In this document: one piece after another, positions 15,259 to 21,398 of the stretch
How positions within the stretch are numbered: the stretch's first letter is position 1
Layout of the letters: each line of letters starts with the position of its first letter
Source of the DNA: Chlamydiae bacterium RIFCSPHIGHO2_12_FULL_49_11
Lineage (GTDB): Bacteria > Chlamydiota > Chlamydiia > Chlamydiales > 2-12-FULL-49-11
Reading direction: 5' to 3'
Length of the DNA stretch: 21,398 nt
Assembly (NCBI GenBank): GCA_001794905.1
Contig: MGLW01000032.1
Span: 1 to 21,398 of the forward strand
The notes under the pieces: model-generated
The model's input: the letters and a program-made list of their open reading frames with translations, nothing else
What the model was told of the DNA's origin: nothing
Databases searched by the model: none
Program-made: the position numbers and the translations under genes

Positions 15259-15588
15259 ATGACCCCTATAAAAGCGATTGTTTCGATGAGTGTTGGCTCC
15301 GCAGGCGTCTTTGGTGTCCTCTGCCTCGCTGCAGAAAATCACGTGCGCGGCCTACGCATACAGGAGCTATCCGGTGCCTTGCAAAATACTCAACATGCTT
15401 TCCAAAAGGTACTGCGGGAACGAGAAGTGCTCAAGGCGACTTTAGCCGGCGTGGCTGCCCCGGATAACACAACACTTGGCATCTACACTTGGCGCGTCGC
15501 CCACGCAGCTCAACTTCCTTTCGATGTTACTCGTTACACTGCAATTCCAAAGTACCTGCGTGGTTTGAATCACGTGGAGCAAATGTAA
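15259..15588 (+). CDS. Hypothetical protein (about 109 aa), N-terminal hydrophobic segment plus helical/coiled-coil region
   Basis: SD AAGGA 15246-15250, 8 nt before ATG 15259 (alternatives 15253, 15199); fills the gap exactly up to the convergent stop at 15592. Confidence 0.55.
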   Translation: MTPIKAIVSMSVGSAGVFGVLCLAAENHVRGLRIQELSGALQNTQHAFQKVLREREVLKATLAGVAAPDNTTLGIYTWRVAHAAQLPFDVTRYTAIPKYLRGLNHVEQM

Positions 15589-15591
15589 TAA

Positions 15592-16440
15592 TTAATGGCG
15601 GCGGAGGTATCCGTGCTGTGCCCGCTTCCATTCATAGACGACGGGGAGGTCTTTTTCCCTGTCGTAGCGTACTTCTATGGTAACGTAAGGGTAAGGATGA
15701 CGATTGTCAAAATCGCGTCCTTCCTGTTTTTCATGAATCCGCACAGTGATTTCTTTGTTGAACCACCCGAGATGTACCAGCCCTTCCGGATTCTTTTGAC
15801 AGACTTTAAAGACGGAGAGAGCAGGCCCTTCTTTGGAATAATAATCCATGACCCATTTGACCGCTTCTAGAGGTTGCTCGGTTTTCCCTTCCACGTAGAA
15901 ATCGACCTCGGCACCGATCTGATGTTTCGAACACTTGGCCGCAGGAGAAGGATCGGCATAAGCATTGTGGACGGGACACCGGAAACCGGTGGTGATGACT
16001 ACCCGCTTTCCCATTTTCTCCTGCACATAGTTGAGAAGATCCATCAATATCGGATAGATGTATTCTTTCTGCTCCCTGAGCGGAAGCCCATGCTGCACGG
16101 TACCCATGCAATCGCGGAGCACCACTTCTTTATTGCCGTCGATGCTGATTTTTTCCGGATTGAGATCGGAACCCATGCAATGGAAAAACTCTTTGGTGAT
16201 TTTCGGAAATGCGCCGACATACTTTTTTTCCCACGGGTAGCTCGGACGGTCTGCATATTCGAACGGAACAAGTGGATATTGCACCTCCCCTTCATGGCGC
16301 GTGATCGGATCGGTAATCCTGTTGGCCCTGAGGAGCTTTTTCTTCTCGGTCTCGGTCGTGTTACACGCGCTCAGACAAAGAAACAGCCATATCCAAAAAC
16401 CGGTCGATGTAGATTTTCTGTAACCCAAGATGCACTTCAT
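15592..16440 (-). CDS. Lipoprotein with peptidase M15 (LAS)-like motif
   Basis: Lipobox FWIWLFLCLSA-C; ITTGFRCPVHN...SKHQIGAEVD resembles M15 SGYR..N...SxHxxGxAxD. Start uncertain (16440, 16473 or 16476). Confidence 0.72.
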   Translation of the reverse strand: MKCILGYRKSTSTGFWIWLFLCLSACNTTETEKKKLLRANRITDPITRHEGEVQYPLVPFEYADRPSYPWEKKYVGAFPKITKEFFHCMGSDLNPEKISIDGNKEVVLRDCMGTVQHGLPLREQKEYIYPILMDLLNYVQEKMGKRVVITTGFRCPVHNAYADPSPAAKCSKHQIGAEVDFYVEGKTEQPLEAVKWVMDYYSKEGPALSVFKVCQKNPEGLVHLGWFNKEITVRIHEKQEGRDFDNRHPYPYVTIEVRYDREKDLPVVYEWKRAQHGYLRRH

Positions 16441-19150
16441 CAAAAGGATCGCTCCCTTTCTGTACGATACCATCAAAAACCTGTTTTAGCAACCATTTGT
16501 AGGCCGGCTCGTCAATGACCCACACGTCAAAATAGATTTTCCGTAGAGACGGTTTTAGAGATTCGAGTTTTATATAATGGGCCCGAAGAGAGAGAAGGCT
16601 CTCATGCAACTCTTCTATAAAAACGTCCATGGGTCCTTCAGCGAGAAGAGGCTTTTCTTCCGCAAAAAAACGGGAGAGCAAATGCCTTTCTCTTCTCAAC
16701 GGCAAAACCTCGACCCGTTTTGCCCCTTCCAGTATCAAGGAGGACGGGCCAAGGTGGTGCAAAGCAAGGTGCGGCCTATCCCGAATAAACCTTTCCACCC
16801 CTTTTTTTTGGAGTGCCCAATCGACCTCTTGCAGGGCAGTATCGCGCCGGTGTAATACCGACACTCCGCTTGCATACAACTTGTCCTCCATCCTGCCCAG
16901 ATCTACTCCGGCCAGAATGATGCACGAAGCTCCGAGCACTTCTGCAATCCACAGCCCGAGAAAAAGCACACTGAACGCGTCGGGAATCGATGTGTGCGCT
17001 TCGGCGCTCCCTTCGAATACCCGCTCAATCTCTGCCTCTAACGCATGGGGACAGATACAGGGAAGATACACGCGACGGCCCATACAGAGCGGCGCCACGT
17101 CTTTGTTGAGGCGCAGGGAAAAACAGAGCGGCACATCGAGATAGGGCGTATTTTTCACCCGGATCACCTCTTCCTCGGTCGGGTCGATAGCCACATGCAG
17201 GTCGGGTCTTATTTTCGCATGACCCAAAGCAGAGATGGCCGAACCGCATGCAATGATCACATGCCGAGATTGCGCCTTCCTCAACTCCTTCATCTGTTTT
17301 TCGAGGGAAGGGCCGGCGCCGCATACAATCACCGTTTCCCCACGGCACACTCCCTTGAATTGATGCAATGCAAATGACCCTTCCATAAAACGGCTATTGT
17401 GCAAGATGTTCGACACAACGAGTGGAAAAGCCATGCGTTCATAATACTGATGGAGCACCTTGAAATGGACCTCTTTGAAGATGTGTTCGAGAGTCGGATG
17501 AGGTTTTGCAAAAATCAAAGTAACCGTTTCTTCTACGTATGGCAAAAGAGCGTGCCACAAATAATCTTCGAGCTCTTCGTGCGGAGACAAATACAAGAGC
17601 TCTACGCGTTTGTCCAAAAACAGCCGGTCGCATTCGGACTCGCAATTTTTGATCCGTCCAATATCGTCTTCGAGAAAAATGATACGCCGATGAGGGTTGT
17701 GGGATAAAAATGGCGCCACATCGGGAGCGCAAAGTCCAAAAATTAGCACCACCGCCGCCTCCAACCCCTCTAGCGTAACCGGTATCGACTCCGGCTTTCC
17801 TTTCACATCCCGCGCGAGGAGGACAGTTGTTTCCAAAGCGGGATACCTTTCAAAAAGCACCCGTTTTTGCATTTCTTCCAGAATCGTCCCATAATGCACA
17901 TGGCGCGGCAGTTCCTTCGGCATTGCATCGGCCAAGGTAGACCACCAGTGGTACAAATCAGGATCGAGAGGGACAAAACGGCTCCCCATTTCTTGCAACA
18001 TGCATCTGTTGAACTCGATTTCTTCGTCCAAGGCGCGCACCGCCTCCCTGCCCCCTGTAAGGGAAAACGGGTCGAGCGTGAGCGAATGTTTTCCGGTCGG
18101 GACCGGACAAGCATGGGCAAAACCGTCAAAAGGACGACCCGAACTTACATGGGTATGCACGATTTCCCTATTTTGGCCGGCTTTGAAAGAGAGCCATCTC
18201 TGTCCCAGATGCCTGTCCATCACCGCCGGGTCTTCCTCTATGCCGATGAGGCAGATCCGGGTGCATCCAAGATGGCATGCCACCGCATACGCGAGCGAAG
18301 CGGCGTGATATCCGCCGTCAAAAACGGTGGGAGTGAGGTTGACTCTCCTGAGTAAAAAACTCTCGATGCCGGAAAGTGGCGATGCCCCCATCACACATCG
18401 GGGGCCGGTGATATGTTTAAACCAGTCGGGATGGGCGCGCATGGTACAAAAGACAGGTTTATCCACGGCACAGGAGCGCGATAGATCGGGATTGGGGTCC
18501 GCTTCCACCGCATAATCGAAGTCGATCCCATTCTCCGAGAGGATAAAAGGAGCCCTACCGGCGGCAAAAATATGCGCTTTTGGCATGAGCGCACGGATTG
18601 TTTCGAAGTGGGAAGGAAGATCGGGATGACCGCCCACGATCACTGCCGTTTCCCCGAGGAGCGCCCCTTCCAGTTTCATGCCATCGACAACGCGGCCCCG
18701 AGAATGCAAAAAAGCGATGCATTGATGGAGTTTCCAGCGCTGGCTTCCGGCATTTTCGATCGTGCGGCAGAGTTCTGCGGCAACCACGTCAGTGATGAGT
18801 CGTGTAGTGCCGTTTTCCCCTACCTGCACCACATCGGAGAACGAGTGCACAAGAGAGCGAACCTCCTCATATGTAGCGGGAAAGAAAATGTGGACCCGCT
18901 CATGGAGCAGGAGCCTGGAATCCACGGTGCGGATGAAGTGGAGCCACCTTCCGACCGAGTGCACGGCATAAATGAATGTAGCACCCGTCTCCACGTGGTG
19001 CGGCTTTAGCTCAAAATAGTCGCCGAAAAGAACGACTCCGGCTGCGTTTCCTTCAAACACCGGAATGTCGAACGGATCTGCTTCGACAGACCTGAGGAGA
19101 AAAGCCAGATGCGGACTCGACTCATAGATTTTCCGCTCGATTGCTATCAC
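16361..19150 (-). CDS. Maf/DUF115 (MptE-like) family protein containing two tandem Maf units, 929 aa
   Basis: Unit 2: GETVIVCGAGPSL...IIACGSAISAL...IRPDLHVAIDP...LGASCIILAGVDL. Unit 1: GETAVIVGGHPDL...IFAAGRAPFIL...IDFDYAVEADP...LGCTRICLIGIE. Confidence 0.82.
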   Translation of the reverse strand: MIAIERKIYESSPHLAFLLRSVEADPFDIPVFEGNAAGVVLFGDYFELKPHHVETGATFIYAVHSVGRWLHFIRTVDSRLLLHERVHIFFPATYEEVRSLVHSFSDVVQVGENGTTRLITDVVAAELCRTIENAGSQRWKLHQCIAFLHSRGRVVDGMKLEGALLGETAVIVGGHPDLPSHFETIRALMPKAHIFAAGRAPFILSENGIDFDYAVEADPNPDLSRSCAVDKPVFCTMRAHPDWFKHITGPRCVMGASPLSGIESFLLRRVNLTPTVFDGGYHAASLAYAVACHLGCTRICLIGIEEDPAVMDRHLGQRWLSFKAGQNREIVHTHVSSGRPFDGFAHACPVPTGKHSLTLDPFSLTGGREAVRALDEEIEFNRCMLQEMGSRFVPLDPDLYHWWSTLADAMPKELPRHVHYGTILEEMQKRVLFERYPALETTVLLARDVKGKPESIPVTLEGLEAAVVLIFGLCAPDVAPFLSHNPHRRIIFLEDDIGRIKNCESECDRLFLDKRVELLYLSPHEELEDYLWHALLPYVEETVTLIFAKPHPTLEHIFKEVHFKVLHQYYERMAFPLVVSNILHNSRFMEGSFALHQFKGVCRGETVIVCGAGPSLEKQMKELRKAQSRHVIIACGSAISALGHAKIRPDLHVAIDPTEEEVIRVKNTPYLDVPLCFSLRLNKDVAPLCMGRRVYLPCICPHALEAEIERVFEGSAEAHTSIPDAFSVLFLGLWIAEVLGASCIILAGVDLGRMEDKLYASGVSVLHRRDTALQEVDWALQKKGVERFIRDRPHLALHHLGPSSLILEGAKRVEVLPLRRERHLLSRFFAEEKPLLAEGPMDVFIEELHESLLSLRAHYIKLESLKPSLRKIYFDVWVIDEPAYKWLLKQVFDGIVQKGSDPFDEVHLGLQKIYIDRFLDMAVSLSERV

Positions 19151-19496
19151 TCACCAGCTCCTGATATGGCTTCAAGCCTCGCTGAGCATGGTAGCCGCTT
19201 TCCCCTTTCCGGCCAAGCCAAATCTCCTGCCCGTTGCATAGAGCAACAAAAGGGGCGCCGATCGTCACATTATATCCGGTCAGCTGGTCGAACATTTCCC
19301 GTTTCAGGGAAACGGCCTTACACTCGATGAGAAGGAGCGGAATGAGCCCTTCCCTGCCGCGCTTGAACACAAGAGCGTCGTAGCGCCGCCTGAGTCGTCC
19401 TACCTTCTTTTCGATGCTGATCAAAGACCGGGGAAAACCCCACTCCTCGACCAGCCGGTCGATGAAAGCGCGCCTTACCTCTTCCTCTTTATTCAA
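19122..19496 (-). CDS. Stand-alone type I restriction HsdR N-terminal-like PD-(D/E)xK nuclease domain protein
   Basis: EEEVRR...WGFP..LISIEK...RYDALV...LLIECKA...QLTGYN...ALCNG matches the HSDR_N_2 pattern; TTG start overlaps the hpf stop. Confidence 0.82.
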   Translation of the reverse strand: MNKEEEVRRAFIDRLVEEWGFPRSLISIEKKVGRLRRRYDALVFKRGREGLIPLLLIECKAVSLKREMFDQLTGYNVTIGAPFVALCNGQEIWLGRKGESGYHAQRGLKPYQELVSDSNRAENL

Positions 19497-20115
19497 TTTC
19501 GAGGACGCCGAGGTAATGATCGGGGCGCACGTACATTACCTTGAGTTTTTGATCCTCTTCGCTTCTGTAGATAAGGAATGAGTTTCCCTGCAATTCGATT
19601 TTCATAGCCGCCTCATCAAGAGTTAATAGGGGAACCCGAACCGAGTCTTTGCTCATGATTTGGGGAGGTGCGAGTTCCTTTTCAACTTCCTGAAAATGGG
19701 TTTCTTCGATGGTATCATTGATTTCGGCAAGTTCCTGCGTATTGCGGTCGAGCACATTGACCGAAAGTTCGATTTCCTCAAGGCCGCGGTGGTGGTGATT
19801 TTGAATTTTCGTCTTCCACTTTTCCAGCTTGCGCCTTAGCCTGGCAAGGGCAAGGTCGATCGACTGGTATAAATCGAGGCTGGACGAATGGGCAAGCACA
19901 TTGAAGTGAGAAAATTTGTACAGAATTTCGGCCCGGTGTTCCCCTTTTTGCACCTCGAGAATGACGTGGGTATCGATCATCGGCGGGGTATGCTCTTTTA
20001 ATTTCTCGATCTTCTTTTTTACATAATCTTCGATTGCAGGAGTAATTTCCAGGTGCTTCCCGTATACCGATATGATGCCCGACTCTTTTCTGGCTTGTCT
20101 ATCCAAATTTCCCAT
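19489..20115 (-). CDS. hpf: Ribosome hibernation promoting factor, long (two-domain) form
   Basis: Real start ATG 20115 with GAGG SD (the track start runs through the tRNA); GKHLEITPAIEDYVKKKIEKL, DLYQSIDLA..RL.RKL.KWK; C-domain LTLDEAAMKIEL...FLIYR...VMYVRPD..LGVLE. Confidence 0.92.
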   Translation of the reverse strand: MGNLDRQARKESGIISVYGKHLEITPAIEDYVKKKIEKLKEHTPPMIDTHVILEVQKGEHRAEILYKFSHFNVLAHSSSLDLYQSIDLALARLRRKLEKWKTKIQNHHHRGLEEIELSVNVLDRNTQELAEINDTIEETHFQEVEKELAPPQIMSKDSVRVPLLTLDEAAMKIELQGNSFLIYRSEEDQKLKVMYVRPDHYLGVLEIE

Positions 20116-20137
20116 AATACAACCTCTCTTTATTTCA

Positions 20138-20210
20138 CGCATCGAGAGGGATTCGAACCCCCAACCACCTGGTCCGAAGCCAGGTACTCTATCCGTTGAG
20201 CTATCGATGC
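20138..20210 (-). tRNA. tRNA-Arg(UCG), CCA not encoded
   Basis: GCATCGA/TCGATGC acceptor, D-arm GCTCAACGGATAGAGT, anticodon arm CCTGG-CTTCGGA-CCAGG, GGGGGTTCGAATCCCTC T-arm; 73 nt. Confidence 0.95.
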
Positions 20211-20225
20211 ATAAACCCATCCGCC

Positions 20226-20272
20226 TATTATTTGCCGTTGCGGTTGAGTCAAAGCCCAAACGGCAAACAATA
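20226..20272. repeat. Inverted repeat, 14-bp arms (13/14 match), 19-nt spacer
   Basis: TATTATTTGCCGTT (20226-20239) and AACGGCAAACAATA (20259-20272) in the divergent tRNA-Arg/recO gap. Confidence 0.75.
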
Positions 20273-20324
20273 TACAGGCATGTTCATCAGAGAAAATTCT
20301 ATACAAGAAGGCATTTAATGAATA

Positions 20325-20777
20325 TTGTTTTTTCTGATGCGTGGAATCGTTCTAAAAAAAACTCCTTACCGTGAGAAGGGGTGGATGTTCACCCTCCTCG
20401 TAGAAGAAAAGGGCACGTGCACCCTTTTTTCTCATCCTTCCTGCCATGCTCCCGGCATCTCGGTCTTCCATCTGGTACTGGTGCACACGAGCATTTTCAG
20501 GGGAAAAGAATACATCACCGAAATCGAGCTCGAAGACGGATTTTCCGAACTCCGCTCTTCGTTTGACAAACTGCGCTCCCTGGATGCGATGTGCAAAGTA
20601 TTGCTTCGCGTGGAACCCACAGCTCTTTCGTTCCGGCTATTTTTAGAAATCCTTTCACTAATGAAGACGAGCAACCAGCCCGAAGCTTTAGAAACGGCCT
20701 TTTACACCAAGCTTGCCAAGATCGAGGGCTTTCCCGACACGCAAACCTTCTTTGAATATGCGAAAGGGGGGACTTGA
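20325..20777 (+). CDS. recO: DNA repair protein RecO, short (150 aa)
   Basis: RGIVLKKTPYRE...FTLL.EEKG OB-fold start, 'FSELRSSFDKL', 'LFRLF-like FRLFLEIL', 'AFYTKLAKIEG'; position next to yidD. Start TTG 20325 or ATG 20337. Confidence 0.72.
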   Translation: MFFLMRGIVLKKTPYREKGWMFTLLVEEKGTCTLFSHPSCHAPGISVFHLVLVHTSIFRGKEYITEIELEDGFSELRSSFDKLRSLDAMCKVLLRVEPTALSFRLFLEILSLMKTSNQPEALETAFYTKLAKIEGFPDTQTFFEYAKGGT

Positions 20778-20841
20778 ACCCCCACAGGATGACTCCCACT
20801 ACCCCCTCAAAGTAGCGCGTCTACCGTTCCGCCACTTTCGC
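20759..20841 (-). tRNA. tRNA-Leu(GAG), CCA not encoded
   Basis: GCGAAAG/CTTTCGC acceptor, GGCGGAACGGTAGACGC D-arm, CTACT-TTGAGGG-GGTAG anticodon arm, long variable arm, GGGGGTTCAAGTCCCCC T-arm. Confidence 0.95.
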
Positions 20842-20857
20842 AAACGAAATTGGCAAC

Positions 20858-20886
20858 AATATGCCCAAAAAAAACGTTTCTTTCAA
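20858..20886 (-). promoter_or_regulatory. Candidate promoter for tRNA-Leu(GAG)
   Basis: Minus strand TTGAAA (20886-20881), 17 nt, CATATT (20863-20858). Confidence 0.4.
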
Positions 20887-20915
20887 GCACAATTTTGGTA
20901 TATTGTTAAGGACAT

Positions 20916-21125
20916 ATGCGCCGCCTTCTCATCGCCCTCGTCCGCCTCTACCAAAAAGGGATTTCCCCTTTCCTTGGTCCCTGTTGCCGCTTCTACCCCA
21001 GCTGTTCCCACTACGCCCTCTCCGTCCTCCAAAAAAAGCCCCTATGGCGCGCCTTCGGACTCATCATAAAACGCCTCTCGAAGTGCCACCCCTTCCACCC
21101 CGGCGGCATCGACCTGCCCCCTTAG
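20916..21125 (+). CDS. yidD: Membrane protein insertion efficiency factor YidD
   Basis: YQKGISPFLGPCCRFYPSCSHY...RLSKCHPFHPGGID. Confidence 0.95.
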   Translation: MRRLLIALVRLYQKGISPFLGPCCRFYPSCSHYALSVLQKKPLWRAFGLIIKRLSKCHPFHPGGIDLPP

Positions 21126-21153
21126 ATAGGGCATTTTTATTTGACGACACCAT

Positions 21154-21398
21154 CTATTCTTGAATGACGATTTCTTGGCCCGGGCGCAATTTTTCGGAAT
21201 TGATCCCGCCTTTTTGTTTCAATTCTTCGATGGAAAGATGGAATTTTTTGGCGATTTTCCAGAGGCTGTCGCCCTGTTGGACCGTATAGCGAACCCTTGC
21301 TTCATGCATTGGAGGAGGCTCGAGAGAGATGGCGCCGACCAGGGCACCTTCAAAAAAAGAAAGCCTTTCGGCAGCGGCCTCTCGCACAAAGTCGCGGC
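21154..21398 (-). CDS. LysM-domain protein, C-terminal part (5' end beyond window)
   Basis: YTVQQGDSLWKIAKKFHLSIEELKQ..GINSEKLRPGQEIVI; frame stays open to the window edge. Confidence 0.88.
   Translation of the reverse strand, partial: RDFVREAAAERLSFFEGALVGAISLEPPPMHEARVRYTVQQGDSLWKIAKKFHLSIEELKQKGGINSEKLRPGQEIVIQE

Noticed and set aside
1114-16518. Long antisense ORFs (e.g. 1114-1839, 5261-6046, 6615-7286, 11877-12641, 15874-16518)
   Set aside because: They lie opposite well-supported genes, have no motifs, and are expected from codon bias at about 50% GC.
19122-19496. Type I restriction-modification / defence system
   Set aside because: No hsdM, hsdS or helicase domain in the window; only the isolated nuclease domain.
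20116-20259. 48-aa N-terminal extension of HPF
   Set aside because: It is a translation of tRNA-Arg and its leader; an SD supports ATG 20115.
14447-20841. Possible tRNA-anchored genomic island between the tRNAs
   Set aside because: No integrase, no duplicated tRNA 3' end (att) seen, and the genes inside are tightly coupled to core genes such as hpf.
21115-21142. Possible terminator after yidD (TGCCC...GGGCA-TTTTT)
   Set aside because: Only a 5-6 bp stem with a large loop or bulge, overlapping the stop codon; too weak to call.

Overview
Gene-dense, mostly core-genome segment. Gene content and order (yceD-rpmF-RNase G/E-plant-type plsB-ptr; yebC-GNAT-prfB-SWIB-truA-HAD; recO-yidD-LysM; pcnB-lpxB) point to a divergent, probably environmental member of the Chlamydiota (inference from recalled chlamydial synteny). 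It contains about 24 CDSs. Two are missed by the ORF track: a TyrP-family permease running off the left edge, and rpmF. There are also three CCA-less tRNA genes (Leu-CAA, Arg-UCG, Leu-GAG), a canonical prfB +1 programmed frameshift, one clear intrinsic terminator and several sigma66/70-like promoters. No mobile element, integrase or CRISPR is visible. The most unusual block is a tightly overlapping minus-strand unit: tRNA-Arg(UCG) > long HPF > stand-alone HsdR-N PD-(D/E)xK nuclease > a 929-aa protein made of two tandem Maf/MptE-like (DUF115) units > a peptidase-M15-like lipoprotein whose signal peptide is overprinted on the Maf gene end. A 14-bp-arm inverted repeat precedes this unit. Other points: a histone-H1-like/SWIB fusion, two orphan membrane ORFs with their own promoters, a GNAT pair with one degenerate copy, a truncated RecO overlapping a tRNA, and several leaderless-looking starts.
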